Shown: positions 1 through 13,593, numbered from the stretch's first letter. The stretch: DNA of 64,000 bases from Eledone cirrhosa (GCA_964016885.1 OZ024749.1:6138001-6202000); one strand, 5' to 3'. Notes: a model not told the origin generated them from the sequence alone. Translations and numbers: made by a program.

Positions 1-2
1 CA

Positions 3-47
<45 letters not shown>

Positions 48-455
48 TAGTTATTGCTCGCACCAACCTGAGGTATCTGATTTTTAATGCGATGAAATAC
101 CAATGATGGTTGGAAAATCACTGACGAAGGACTATTTTTATCATATATGTAACCCATGTGCAAACCACGCAGTATTCTTCTTTCTTCTCATGTTTTTTAT
201 ATATATATATATATACATGCATATAATCGTCACAATTTAATGTTGCATTCTCCATGCTAGCATAGGTTAAACAAGTTGTTCCTTTGTAAGACAAGATCAG
301 GTGATTGTGTCTTGCTCATACAGAAGTAATTTTGACTTGGTTTCTACGGCTGGATGCCCTTCTTAATGGCAACCTCATTTAGGGTGAGTACTGAGTGCTT
401 ATTTTCATGTCACCTAGACAACCACTTTACAATGTGGGCTGTGTGCTTTCCAATG

Positions 456-1091
456 CAGATGGGTTCTATAGAAGTGGTTGATAGCTTCTGGTACCTAGGT
501 GATCAGAATAGCATGGGAGGGGGGGGGTCCGAGGCCATAGTATCTAGAATAAGGATGTGTTGGAAAAAATTTAGGTAGCTGCTTCCTCAGTTGACAAAGA
601 AGGGTTTCTCCCTGCATACGAAAGGACGGTTATATGATGCCTGTGTGAGATGTGCGATGCTGCATGGTAGTGAGAGTAGGGCAGCAACTGCAGAGGATAT
701 GCAATGGCTGGAGAGAAATGAAGCAAGCATGCTCCATTGTATGTGCAATGTCAATGTGCGTGAACGACCAAGCATAGACAAGTTGAGAAAGAAACTGAGT
801 ATAAGAGGGATAAGTTGTGGTGTCCAGGAGAGAAGACTGAGATGATATGGACATCTGATGCACATGGAGGATGACCGCTGGGTAAAGAAGTGTCAATAAA
901 TCCCAGTAGAAGGAAGACGCAGTAGAGGTAGACCACGAAAAACATGGGTGGAGGTGGTGAGATCTGACCTCAGATCGCTGAAACTCACGGAGGAGATAAC
1001 GAAGGACAGTGACAAGTGGAGAGATGCTGTGCTGAATAGGACCCGTCCCACCCTTGCAAGCAGGGAAAAGCAGACATAAAATGATGATGAT
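456..1091 (+). mobile_element. 5'-truncated, decayed RTE-clade LINE 3' end
   Basis: Translates to IEVVDSFWYLGD..RLYDACVRCAMLHGSE..RLR*YGHLM..GRPRKTW with stops, and ends in an (ATG)n tail. Confidence 0.9.
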
Positions 1092-1115
1092 ACATATATA
1101 TATATATATATATAT

Positions 1116-1256
1116 ATCATGTTTAATATAGAAAATGCTTCTAAAGGACTAGAACTGTTTCATTCAAAAGAAATCATCAGGAAACGCTTTCCTGATGACT
1201 TCTTTTGAATGAAACAGTGCTAGCGCTGTAGAAGCCATTTCTATATTAAACATGAT
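1116..1256. repeat. Foldback inverted repeat (~68-bp arms) carrying a hammerhead
   Basis: ATCATGTTTAATATAGAAA..TCATCAGGAAA-CGC-TTTCCTGATGA..TTTCTATATTAAACATGAT. Confidence 0.9.
1186..1236 (+). ncRNA. Type I hammerhead ribozyme motif within foldback element
   Basis: GCTTTC-CTGATGA-C-TTC-TTTT-GAA-T-GAAACAGTG-CTAG-CGCTGTA/GAAGC. All three stems can form and the site is GUA. A degraded copy lies on the opposite arm. Confidence 0.7.
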
Positions 1257-1657
1257 GTTTACACTCTACTAATATATTGAGTACCTTACGTACCAGTTTC
1301 ATGGCGTGAAGCGACTGAGAGGACAAGACTCCCCCCTCAACAGGATGCTAGTCCATCGCAGGATAAAACCCCCAGCTATTACTGGTACTCATTTTCAGCT
1401 GAGTATACTGGAACAACGTGAAATGAAGGGATTTGCTGAAAAACACATCACGCAACTCAGGAATCGAACCCACAACATTATGATCATAAGTCCAACACCC
1501 TTACTACTATGCCATTTTCCTCAACACACACACACATGCATATATATATATGGTGTTAGGAAGGGCATCCAGCTGTAGAATTCAAGCCAGAATCAGTTCC
1601 CGTCCCACCCTTGCAAGCAGGGAAAAGTGGATGTAAAATGAAATGATGATGATGATG

Positions 1658-1891
<234 letters not shown>

Positions 1892-1898
1892 ATTAATG

Positions 1899-2228
1899 GA
1901 GGCACATGGCTTAGTGGTTAGAGCATTGGCCTTGCAATCGAAAGGTTGTGAGTTCAATTCTCAGACCGGGTGATGTGTTGTTTCCTTGAGCAAGACACTT
2001 TATTTCACATTGCTCCAGTTTACTCAGCTGTAGAAATGAGATGATAGGGACTGGGGTCCATATCATTCCACTGCAAAGTGGCCGTGGAGGTGCCATGGCA
2101 AAAAAGCACCCAGCACTCACTGTAAATGAGGTTGGTGTTAGGAAGGGCATCCAGCTGTAGAAATCAAGCCAGAATCAGTTCCCATCCCACCCTTGCAAGC
2201 AGGGAAAAGCGGACGTAAAATGATGATG

Positions 2229-2229
<1 letters not shown>
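1899..2229 (+). mobile_element. tRNA-derived SINE family A (RTE-type tail)
   Basis: A box TGGCTTAGTGG, B box GAGTTCAATTC, and tail CCACCCTTGCAAGCAGGGAAAAGCGGACGTAAAA(TGA)n shared with RTE copies. Confidence 0.9.
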
Positions 2230-2274
<45 letters not shown>

Positions 2275-2319
2275 TATAAATATATATAAATATATATATA
2301 TCATCATCATCATCATCAT

Positions 2320-2912
2320 CATTTCATTTTACGTCCGTTTTTCCCTGCTTGCAAGGGTGGGACGGGAACTGATTCTGGCTTGATTTCTACAGCTGGATGC
2401 CCTTCCTAACACCAACCTCATTTACAGTGAGTGCTGGGTGCTTTTTTGCCGTGGCACCTCCACGACCACTTTACAGTGGAATGATAGGGACCCCAGTCCC
2501 TATCATCTCATTTCTACAGCTGAGTAAACTGGAGCAATGTGAAATAAAGTGTCTTGCTCACATTGCAGGGAAAATGTTGTGAGTTCAATTCTCAGACCGG
2601 TGATGTGTTGTTTCCTTGAGCAAGACACTTTATTTCACATTGCTCCAGTTTACTCAGCTGTAGAAATGAGATGAGAGGACGGGGTCCCTATCATTCCACT
2701 GCAAGGTGGTCGTGGAGGTGCCACTGCAAAAAAGCACCCAGCCCACACTGTAAAGTGGACATGTAGGTGCCACGGAAAAAAAGCACCCAGCACTCACTGT
2801 AAATGAGGTTGGTTTTAGGAAAGGGCATCCAGCTGTAGAAATCAAGCCAGAATCAGTTCCCGTCCCACCCTTGCAAGCAGGGAAAAGCGGACGTAAATTG
2901 AAATGATGATGA
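2320..2912. mobile_element. Two truncated SINE A copies, head-to-head (- 2320-2560, + 2577-2912)
   Basis: Both match 1899-2229, in opposite orientations. Confidence 0.85.
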
Positions 2913-2979
2913 TATATATATATATATATATATAAGAGAGTATTGAAGTTTGCTTGAAACATCGTGGAATAATAGGTAA

Positions 2980-3192
2980 ATATCTTTAAGTCGTTTGGAA
3001 GCCTCGACAATGCAAATGGGTAAATCTCCGGGTAACAAGATCCAGTGGTGGAGAGAGCGATGGAAGTGGGTGTAAGTTGAGATGCGTGGTGTGTATAAGA
3101 CGTGTAGAGGAATGATGTAAAGAGTATAAAGGATAAAATTAAAATAACAACACCAGAGAGAGTTGCATTGTCGAGGCTTCCAAACGACTTAA

Positions 3193-3196
<4 letters not shown>
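2980..3196. repeat. Inverted repeat, ~36-bp perfect arms, ~146-bp spacer
   Basis: ATATCTTTAAGTCGTTTGGAAGCCTCGACAATGCAA and its reverse complement. Confidence 0.9.
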
Positions 3197-3246
<50 letters not shown>

Positions 3247-3275
3247 AAATGTGTGTAATCCTTGGTACAATTAGG

Positions 3276-3548
3276 TATATTAAGACAGGGGGGAAGAAAA
3301 AATGGCTTCACTTGTGCTTTCAACAAATTTATTTTCTTCACAAAATCCCAAAAGAATTTTTTTCCGGATTAGAAAAAATTTTTTCTTAAAAAAAATTATT
3401 TTATAAATTAACTTAATTTATAAAATAATTTTTTTAAGAAAAATTTTTTTATAATCCGGAAAAAAATTCTTTTTGGATTTTGTGAAGAAAATAAATTTGT
3501 TGAAAGCACAAGTGAAGCCATTTGTTTCTTCCCCCCTGTCTTAATATA
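3276..3548. repeat. Near-perfect ~270-bp palindrome
   Basis: Centre TAAATTAA-C-TTAATTTA at about 3411. Arms start TATATTAAGACAGGGGG. Confidence 0.92.
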
Positions 3549-3797
3549 TACATATATATACACGTGCACACACCACACAAATAGGGAAAACACACTCAGT
3601 ACATGCAATGGAGTGGGTGATGTTAGGAAGGGCATCCAGCTATGGAAACAATTACCAGAATAACAAATAGAAGGAAGACACAGTAGTATCATCTGTCTAG
3701 TCTGAGAGCATGACAACCTACTTAAACTACACAAGCTTGGAGAATAGACATAAGATGATGATGATCATGATAGTTATAATGGTATATAGGTTTCTGC

Positions 3798-3840
<43 letters not shown>

Positions 3841-3884
3841 GTTTTTATGTATGTATGCATATATATAATGTTTGTATGTATGTA

Positions 3885-3930
<46 letters not shown>

Positions 3931-3947
3931 TACATTTCTATTTTATA

Positions 3948-3987
<40 letters not shown>

Positions 3988-4025
3988 GTGTATATATATA
4001 TATAATGTATGTATATATATATGTA

Positions 4026-4080
<55 letters not shown>

Positions 4081-4126
4081 GTGTGTATGAAGGCATATAT
4101 ATGTATATATATATATATATATATAC

Positions 4127-4168
<42 letters not shown>

Positions 4169-4259
4169 TATGCGTGTGTGTACCTTCTTCTCTTTATACA
4201 AATATGCGTGTGTATATATATATGTCTATATACAGATTACACACACACACACACACACA

Positions 4260-4304
<45 letters not shown>

Positions 4305-5181
4305 TGCAGGGTGAAACACTCACTGAGACATGGAGGAAACCAACAGCGTCAGTAAACATGGTTTAAATGTTCCATGAATGAGATTGATAGTTAATAGCGT
4401 ATAATATTTATCGAAAATAAAAGCAAACATGAGTAATATAACAGTATATTATGTGCTTCAATATAATGCTATGAACATAATAAAAGTGAAAAAATCACGG
4501 CTTTACCGTGATTATGGTTAAGATTATCTTCACAAAATGCATATTATAGCTAAGAAGTAATTTTAAAAGAATGCAAAATTGTTGGAAGAATTTTCACATT
4601 TTTCAGTTTTGTTTGAAATTTTTGTTTGATATTCTCTAGCACATTACTACAAAAGACTAAAACATGTACTGCCATATTCCTTCATGTCTTTTTGTTTCTT
4701 CTTCTTCTTCAATTCATTTGTTTTTTTTTTTGTTGTTTGTTGTTTTTTTGGTAATTCCAAAATGAACAACAATAAAATATGCAAACATTTTGTTAAAAGT
4801 TTTGTTTCAAAGCTCTACTTTTCTTTTATACAAAGAATATGGTAAAAAAAAAAAAAAGAATCACAACATTGGTAGATTATTTTCTTTTTAAGATAAAAGA
4901 CATTTAACATTATAAATTCGTTTATAAAGAATTTACAATTCCTATTGTTGTTTAACATCAGATGCACCATCAAATTTCTTAGATTATTTTTTTATTTTTA
5001 TTTTTATTTTTATTTTTATTTTTATTTTTATTTTTATTTTTATTTTCTCTCCCCTTCTCTCCCTTATAATAATAACAACAACAACAAAGGCAACAATAAT
5101 ACAATACTAATAATAACTGTAATGACAACAATAATAGTAATAATAATAATAATGATGATGATAATAAAAATAATGATGATG

Positions 5182-5218
<37 letters not shown>

Positions 5219-6344
5219 TAGTAACGATCGTGATGACAATGATGATAATGTTAGTAATGATGGTGATGACAATGATGATGATGATGATGATATCCGATGA
5301 AGTTTTTGCTCGCCTTAAATCTGTATTGTTCTCCGCAAGATTAAACATCAACAAGCTTTCGATGTTTTATCACCTACATAACAGTCATGATTGGCCGTAT
5401 GAACCATTTCTTAATTTAAAAAGATCATAATCATTAATGTTTAACAATACTCGAATTGCATTGAAGCATTTCATTAAATATTGTAAATGACATTAATAAA
5501 TTTTATGTTTCGATGAAATTGTGAGGAAATAAGATTCAATATCGAAATAAAATGACAAAAAAAATTACGAAAACTTGAAATAGCGTGGAAGAGAACGTTT
5601 GCATTTCAAGATTATTCACGCATGCTTTAACATATGGCATTGAGTCGCGGTCCTGTGTTCTTTGTTGGTATTTTTGTTTGTTTTTGAAATTGTTGTATGT
5701 ATTTTGATTTTGTTTTTATAGTGGAAAGCCATATAAATATCAATATTTCATCAATAATCAAACCCAATAGACACAGGCATGGCTCTGTGGTTAAGAAGGT
5801 CAAGGTCAATTTGCAGCCATCAAATCGTTCCAAGTTTGATCCTACTGTGTGGCACCTTGTTGGGTAAATGTGTCTTCTACTAACGTTTAGGGGGCCAACC
5901 AATGCTTTCGGAGTGAATTTGATAGATGGAAATTGTATAGAGGCCCAACATATATGATGATGGTTCCCTGTTGGTTACGGCAACAAGTGTTCCAGCCTTC
6001 TCGGGAAATTAACATGCAAGTGGCTGAGCATTCCACAGACGTGTGTACCCTTGACATAGTTGTCAGGGAGATTCAGTGTAACACAGAATGTGACAAGCCT
6101 GACCCTTCGAATTTACAGGTACAACTCATTTTTCCCAGCTGAGTGGACTGAAACAACATGAAATAAAGTGTCTTGCACACAGTAACAAAGAGCCACTGGT
6201 AACCGAACTCAGGACCTTACAATTGGGAGCCAAATTCCCTTCACTTATGATATATATATATCATCATCATCTACACATTTCTACAAATTTGTAGAAAAAA
6301 AAGAAATTTCTACAAATTTCATTCTTGATGACCCTATATATATA

Positions 6345-6472
6345 TCATCACCATCATCATCTCACGTCCACGTTTCCCTGCTTGCAAGGGTGGGATGGGT
6401 CCTATTCAGCACAGCATCTCTCCACTTGTCACGGTCCTTCGTCATCTCCACCGTCAACTTCAGCGATCTGAG

Positions 6473-6474
<2 letters not shown>
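6345..6474 (-). mobile_element. RTE LINE extreme 3' fragment
   Basis: Reverse complement matches 965-1090 (DLRSLKLT..WRDAVLN plus tail). Confidence 0.8.
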
Positions 6475-6568
<94 letters not shown>

Positions 6569-6853
6569 GGAAAGTAAATGGAAAGCAGCAGAACAAATGG
6601 TACAGTAGAATGCAGATATATATTAACTTAATGCTTGAAATAGTAGCAAAATAGTCTGAGCCATTTGGACATCAACAGAAAATGCGCAGTTACATATGAC
6701 ATACAGACAGCTCTATCTTTACCTCACCAGCCACATTGCTGGCAGTGCAGTTTTGTGCAATAAGGTGTTACTTCACATGTGATACCAGTTTGCACAACAA
6801 ATTGGAAAACCATAACATTTCTTCAATTTTGATAAACTGATATATCTATGTAA

Positions 6854-6917
<64 letters not shown>

Positions 6918-6921
<4 letters not shown>

Positions 6922-7170
6922 ACATGTGATGCGTATGGAGGATGACCGATGGGTGAAGAAGTGCCAGGAAATGCCAGTTGAAGGAAGACGTGGTAGAGGT
7001 AGACCACGAAAAACATGGGCGGAGGTGGTGAGAACAGACCTCAGATCATTGAAGCTCATGGTGGAGATGACGAAGGACCGTGACGAGTGGAGAGATGCTG
7101 TGCTGAATAAGACCCGTCCCACCCTTGCAAGCAGGGAAAAGTGGACGTAAAAGGATGATGATGATGATGA
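6918..7170 (+). mobile_element. RTE LINE 3' fragment
   Basis: GHVMRMEDDRWVKKC..GRPRKTWAEVVRTDLRSL, followed by an (ATG)n tail. Confidence 0.9.
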
Positions 7171-7196
7171 TATATATATATATATATAGATATATC

Positions 7197-7491
7197 ATCA
7201 AAACACGAAAAATCAGTGATGCATCTGGACTTAGTTTATTTCGTGTTACAAATGTTTCGCCGGCATGTAGCTCGAGTCATGGTCCTTGTATGGATCCGGC
7301 TGATTCTACTTCTGCGGGTTCTTTCAGACACATCTGTTATGTCCGGAGCAAATGTTATCACTGAAAGAACCCGCAGAAGTAGAATCAGCCAGATCCATAC
7401 AAGGACCATAACTCGAGCTACATGCCGGCGAAACATTTGTAACATGAAATAAACTAAGTCCAGATGCATCACTGATTTTTCGTTTTTTGAT
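7197..7491. repeat. Foldback inverted repeat, ~130-bp arms, 33-bp spacer
   Basis: Mirror ORFs 7216+ and 7472- are nearly identical, and the arms differ at only a few positions. Confidence 0.93.
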
Positions 7492-7578
7492 AATTCCTAC
7501 ACTCTACTCTGATGAATATCGAGTGGTAATTTTGGCACACCGCCTACGGAAGCACCAGAGCTACCACTATACATATAT

Positions 7579-7610
<32 letters not shown>

Positions 7611-7965
7611 GGAGGCAGATGGCTTAGTGGTTAGAACATTGGCCTTGCAATCGAAAGTTGTTTCCGTGAGCAAGACACTTTATTTCACATTGCTCCAGTT
7701 TACTCAGCTGTAGAAATGAGATGATAGGGACTGGGGTCCCTATCATTCCACTGTAGAGTGGTCGTGGAGGTGCCACGGCAAAAAAGCACCCAGCCCACAC
7801 AGTAAAGTGGACGTGTAGGCGCCACGGAAAAAAAGCACCCAGCACTCACTGTAAATGAGGTTGGTGTTAGGAAGGGCATCCAGCTGTAGAAATCAAACCA
7901 GAATCAGTTCCCGTCCCACCCTTGCAAGCAGGGAAAAAGCAGACGTAAAATGAAATAATGATGAA
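7611..7965 (+). mobile_element. SINE A (B-box region deleted, extra internal ~45-bp unit)
   Basis: Homology to 1899-2229. Confidence 0.88.
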
Positions 7966-7978
7966 ATATCATATATAC

Positions 7979-8151
7979 ATTTAAAAAAAGGAAACAAATG
8001 ACTTCACTTGTAGTTCTAAACAATTTAATTTAATTTTATAATATTATAATTTTACAATTTGTTTAAAATCAAATCGTAAAATCATAATATCATAAAATAA
8101 AATTAAATTGTTTAGAACTATAAGTGAAGTCATTCTTTTCCTTTTTTAAAT
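7979..8151. repeat. Foldback inverted repeat related to 3276-3548
   Basis: Arms AAAAAAGGAAA..ATGACTTCACTT.TAGTTCTAAACAATTTAATTT. The longer arm continues like 3250-3275. Confidence 0.8.
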
Positions 8152-8257
8152 ATATCTAACTGTACAAAGGATTTCATAAGTTTTCTGTCATGGTTGATCC
8201 TCAGATGAGATCACAGTAGGAAACTCAAATATTCAAATAGAAAAAAGTTCAGTTTTA

Positions 8258-8586
8258 ATAAATAATTGTTTCTACTATTGGCACAAGGCCAGCAATTACC
8301 CAGTACATTACTGGTACTTTATTTTATCGACCCCGTACGGATGAAAGGCAAAGTTAACCTCGGCGGGATTAACTTTGCCTTTCATCCTTTTGATAAATAA
8401 TTGTTTCTACTTTTGGCACAAGGCCAGCAATTATCCCAGTGCATTACTGGTACTTTATTTTATCGACCCCGTACGGATGAAAGGCAAAGTCAACCTCAGC
8501 GGGATTTGAACTCAGATCGTAAAGGGATGGAACTATGCTGTAAAGCATGACATCCGACCCTCTACCGATACTGCCAATTCACCGCG
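8258..8586 (-). mobile_element. SINE B with duplicated 3' half
   Basis: Homology to 15534-15724. Confidence 0.85.
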
Positions 8587-8702
8587 CTTTTGATAAATAA
8601 TAACACTAAAGTATGTATTGAGTACTTTATATCTTTTTTCATTGGTACATATCCCCATATATAATTTTATATATATATATATGATGATGTATATATATAT
8701 GA

Positions 8703-8741
<39 letters not shown>

Positions 8742-8756
8742 GAGAGAGAGAGAGAG

Positions 8757-8856
8757 AGAGTGTCTCTAAAAAATGTATACACACTTTTATTACCTGTACA
8801 GACAATATTTATTAGCATTCTGATGAAGTGTGACAACATTTTTTGGGACATCCTGT
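8757..8856. mobile_element. Possible tiny Tc1/mariner-type MITE remnant
   Basis: Imperfect terminal inverted repeat AGTGTCTCTAAAAAATGTATACACACTT / AAGTGTGACAACATTTTTTGGGACATCCTG-TA. Confidence 0.4.
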
Positions 8857-8868
8857 ATGTATATACAC

Positions 8869-9210
8869 TGGAGGCACATGGCTTAGTGGTTAGATCATTG
8901 GCCTTGCAATCGAAAGGTTGTGAGTTCAATTCTCAGACCGGGTAATGTGTTGTTTCCTTGAGCAAGACACTTTATTTCACATTGCTCCAGTTTACTCAGC
9001 TGTAGAAATAAGATGATAGGGACTGGGGTCCCTATCATTCCACTGTAAAGTGGTCGTGGAGGTGCCACAGCAAAAAACCACCCACCACTCACTGTAAATG
9101 AGGTTGGTGTTAAGAAGGGCATCCAGCTGTAGAAATCAAGCCAGAATGAGTTCCCGTCCCACCCTTGCAAGCAGGGAAAAGCGGACGTAAAATGATGACA
9201 GTGATGATGA

Positions 9211-9212
<2 letters not shown>
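8869..9212 (+). mobile_element. SINE A
   Basis: Full-length match to 1899-2229. Confidence 0.9.
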
Positions 9213-9263
<51 letters not shown>

Positions 9264-9484
9264 TCTTACTTTTACTATATATATTTATTTATTTATTCAA
9301 TTTAAATGTCTGTATAGAGCTAGTAAGCCATGACATACTAGGGAAGTATTGAGTACTTCTTACAGTTAGTAATCAAAAAGAGTTAGTGAGATAAGTAGTA
9401 AAAAGAAGAAACTAAAAACTAAAATCTAAAAAAAAAGGGGAAATAAATAAAATTAAAATGTATGGTATCTTTTTTTCTTTTTCT

Positions 9485-9745
9485 TTACCCATTTATTCGT
9501 GGAAGGGTTGTAAGAGGTGAGTCCTTAGATATGCCTTTCTGGGGGTCCTATCAGAAGCAATTGTCACCAACTGATCCAGCTAGATCCCCAAATAAGACCA
9601 AACAAGCCCATAGATGTTATCCAACAATCTTGCTTGTGGTTTACCTCTGGGTCTCCTGCCTGAAACATTTGTCCAGTGATTCTTTCCTTAGACATTCTAA
9701 CCCCATGTTCGTGGTCTCAGAACTGTGATCTCTCACAATTCTGCC
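9485..9745 (-). mobile_element. Second RTE family 3' fragment, more decayed
   Basis: Shares motifs such as GTCCTATCAGAAGCAA, TATCCAAC and TGTGATCTCTC with 49135-49390. Confidence 0.65.
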
Positions 9746-10529
9746 AAAACATTTACAGGAGTTACAATACAAGGCGGTGAATTGGCAGATACATTAGATC
9801 GTTGGATAAAATGCTTTGCGGTATTTGTTGCAGCTGTCTGTTCTCTGAGTTCAAATCCCACCGAGGTCAACTTTGCCTTTCATCCTTTTGAGGTCGATGA
9901 AAACGTACCAGTCTCTTTCTCTCTCACTTTCTATCCTTCTCTGGAAGAAATCTGCTGCATTCAGAGCTGGAGAGAAGTCGGGCGGCGCCAGGTTTATAAA
10001 AAGCCCTAGAAATGTGTCATATCAATTGGCGCCCTTGTGACTCTTTTGGCAGTTATGAGACCATACATACATACATACATACATACATACATACATACAT
10101 ACATACATACATACGAGAGTACAATAATACTCATGATTGATAAATTCTAAAAAAAAAAAAAAAAATCTACTTTTAAAACTCTTAATTTATTAATCATTTT
10201 AATAAATTTTCAAACAGATATACAAAGATAATGATTTTTGATTAATGAACTTCATAAATTATATGTATGTGAAACAACCAAAATGAAATAAAAAAAAAAG
10301 GAAAAACTATTGGAATTTAATGTAATAATGGGACTAACATAAAAAAACAAAATAATAATAATACCCACCCCCACATACGCAAACATCCCAAATAATAACA
10401 AAAAAGAAATAGCAATCCAAAAATAGCAAGTAAAAAATTATATATCATTGTATTTCAAGTAAAAAGATCAATGGAACGAGATAAACTTTCACTTTGAAAT
10501 TTTCTAGTTTCATTTCAAATTAATGTTTT

Positions 10530-11415
10530 CTAATTTAGGCACAAGCCCAGCAAAGAACACACTGCCTGATGCTCCGATGTTGATATTACAGGCACAAGCC
10601 CAGCAAAGAACACACTGCCTGATGCTCTGATGTTGACATTACAGGCACAAGGCCAGCAATGAACACTGCCTGATACTCAACTAATGTTGATCACACCATT
10701 AATGTCAAGTGAAAAATAATATTGGTTTCTGGTCTAAACACAATGCCAGCAATTTTTGGAGAAAGGGAAAGTTGATTAAATCGATCTGAGTGCATGACTG
10801 GTACTTTAATTTATTGACCCCCGAGAGGATGAAATGCAAAGCTAAGCTCGGCGGGATTTGAACATAAAGGGACGTAACTCTATGCCACGAATCATGGCAT
10901 CCGACGCTTTACCGATATTGTCAATACACTGCTGAACCCCATGGCGATGAAAGGCAAGGCTAATTTGGACAGGATTTGCCTGTAAAGGGATGTAACTCTA
11001 TGCCACAAAGCATGGTGTCTGATGCTCTACCGATGCTGCCAATCCACTGCCCTCAAATGAAAAACAATAATGGTTTCTGATTTCAGCACAAGTTTAACAA
11101 TTTGGAGGAATAGGAAAGTTGAGTATATCAAACCCCAGTATTTAACTGGTAGACTTTTTTTTTTTATCATATCAAACTTGGAGACTTTTGGAATGTAAAG
11201 AAATGTACTTGAATGCTGCAAAGCCTCCCCCGATGCTCTGCCGGACATCACATTCCATCACCATTAATTTCAAGTGAATAAAAATAATAACAATAATTGT
11301 TTCTACTTTAGGCACAAGGCCAGCAATTACCCCAGTGTATTACTGGTACTTTATTTTATCGACCCCCGTAAGGATGAAAGGCAAAGTTAACCTCGGTGGG
11401 ATTTGAACTCAGAAC
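10530..11415 (-). mobile_element. Cluster of old SINE B fragments, including a 3x ~53-bp local tandem (10538-10695)
   Basis: Repeated GGCACAAGGCCAGCAA, GATGAAAGGCAAAG and ACTGGTACTTTA motifs. Confidence 0.65.
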
Positions 11416-11487
11416 TGCCAAACAATAATAATGGTTTTCTAATTTCGGTCAAAGTTGTGGGAGGGGAGGGGAATTTTAGCAATGATG

Positions 11488-11520
11488 ATAGTAGTAGTAG
11501 TAGTGGTGGTGGTGGTGGTG

Positions 11521-11573
<53 letters not shown>

Positions 11574-11770
11574 GGTAGGGGTAGTAGTAGTAGTGGTGAT
11601 GGTGGTGGTAGTAGTAGTGGTGGTGGTGGTGGTGGTGGTAGGGGTAGTAGTAGTAGTAGTAGTGGTGATGGTGGTGGTAGTAGTAGTAGTAGTAGCAGCA
11701 GTAGTAGCAGCATCAGTAGTAGCAGCAACATCAGTAGCAGTAGCAGCAGTAGCAACATCATCATCAACAA
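11488..11770. repeat. (GTA/GTG)n tract
   Basis: Direct inspection. Confidence 0.93.
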
Positions 11771-11859
11771 TGATAACAACACTAACAAGGAGGAGTTTCT
11801 GTCAGCTAAGATAACACATTAGAATCTGAAATATGAGCAGTCTCATCTCCATATGGTGG

Positions 11860-12977
11860 GAAACTGGGAGAGGGCACTTGCCCCGGTGGTCAGGGTCACC
11901 GTGGCTTTTTTTAATGGGTTTTCTCCACGATGGCCCTCGGAAGTTTCCCACGATGGCCCTCAGAAGTCTCCCCCTATTGGGGAATTTTTCATTGTTCCAT
12001 CCTCTGTTTTTTTTGTTTTTTACACACAGAAATGACCATTTATACCATCCTGTATTGTCCTGTACTGTCCTTAATGTCTACTTTGTGTAAACCCTTGTGG
12101 TTAATAAAGAAAGCATTTCAAATTTTATTTGAAAAGGAAAATCAGGGTCGAGAGGGAAGTGCTCTCTTCCCAACTTTTTGTTGAAAGATGCGTGAGAGAG
12201 GCAAGAATGGCCCGAGTATATGCCTGTAAATTGAAGGGGGAAAACTGGGAGAGGGCTCTTGCCCTGGTGGTCAGGGTCACCATGGCTTTTTTTTAATGGG
12301 CTTTCTCCACGATGGCCCACAGAAGTCTCCCCCCTATTGGGAAATTTTTCATTGTTCCTTTTTTGTTTCATCCTCTGTTTTTTTGTTTTTTACACACAGA
12401 AATGACCATTTGTACAGACCTGTATTGTCGTGTACTGTCCTTAATGTCTACGTTGTGTAAACTCTTGTGGTTAATAAAGAAATCATTATTATTATTATTA
12501 TTACCTAGTGGATTGGCAGTATCGGTAGAGGATCGGATGCCATGCTTTGACGCATAGAGTTATGGCCCTTGCCATTCTGAGTTCAAATCTCGCCAAGGTT
12601 AACTTTGCCTTTCATCCTTACGGGGTAAATAAAATAAAGTACCAGTAATGTACTGGGTAATTGCTGGCCTTGTGCCAATAGTAGAAACAATTATTACCTA
12701 ATTAACTTTTTCAAGTTTCACTTGAAGAGGAAAGTCAGGGTGGAGAGGCAAGTGCTGCCTTCGAGCAAGTTTGTTGAAAGGTGGGTGAATGTAGCGAGAA
12801 TGGTCCGAGTGAACGGGACTGCTCTAAATATACGCTTGTAGTTTGATGAATGGAAAAATTGAGAGAGGGCGCTTGCCCTGGTGGTCAAGGTGGCCGTGGT
12901 CTTTTGTGTGGTTTTTGCCACAAGTAACCCTCGGAGGTTTTCCCCCTGTTGGGGAATTTTTCATTGTTTCAATTTTC

Positions 12978-13038
<61 letters not shown>

Positions 13039-13200
13039 TCTATGTCTTTTTTTTTCTTTTCTTATATAAATAATACAAATGTTTACACAGCCAAAACCCA
13101 CATCGTACCGTCCCGTACCGTATGTAATGTTTTTCTTGATGTCAGCCCTTGTGGCCAATAAAGAAATCAGTATTACCATTATTATTATTATTACTATTAT
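11860..13200 (+). mobile_element. Three clustered 3' ends of another non-LTR element (possibly L1/Tx1-like); a further copy at 38365-38720
   Basis: Repeated ERxVL..FVERWV..ARMxRV coding end, a GC hairpin, and CCCTTGTGG(T/C)(T/C)AATAAAGAA, often followed by (TTA)n. Copies at about 11860-12113, 12143-12503 and 12735-13200. The clade call is tentative. Confidence 0.55.
12507..12695 (+). mobile_element. SINE B
   Basis: Full match. Confidence 0.85.
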
Positions 13201-13412
13201 TTGTTATTATTACTATTGTTATTATTCCTATTATTATTTTCATTATTACTATTACCATCATCATTATTATTATTATCACCCTTAGTATTATTGTCTTTCA
13301 TCTTTTCCCCTGGAGAGAATATGAAGTGAAACTGTCGACTGTGTCTGTAGCAGCAAATTGAATGTCTATTGCAATAATTAATATTCTAATGATTAAACAT
13401 TTTCATTTTATG

Positions 13413-13473
<61 letters not shown>

Positions 13474-13562
13474 ACGTATACATATATATATATATATATG
13501 TACATATACATATATATATCTATGTATATATAACTATATATATATATATATATATATATAAC

Positions 13563-13593
<31 letters not shown>

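Noticed and set aside
1899-1975. tRNA gene
   Set aside because: The A/B boxes belong to a SINE head fused to a constant body and tail in more than 10 copies, and I could not form a proper cloverleaf.
1911-2150. Recurrent 79-aa ORF MPFLTPTSFTVSAGCFF..
   Set aside because: It is the antisense reading of SINE A. Its recurrence reflects repeat copy number, not a gene family.
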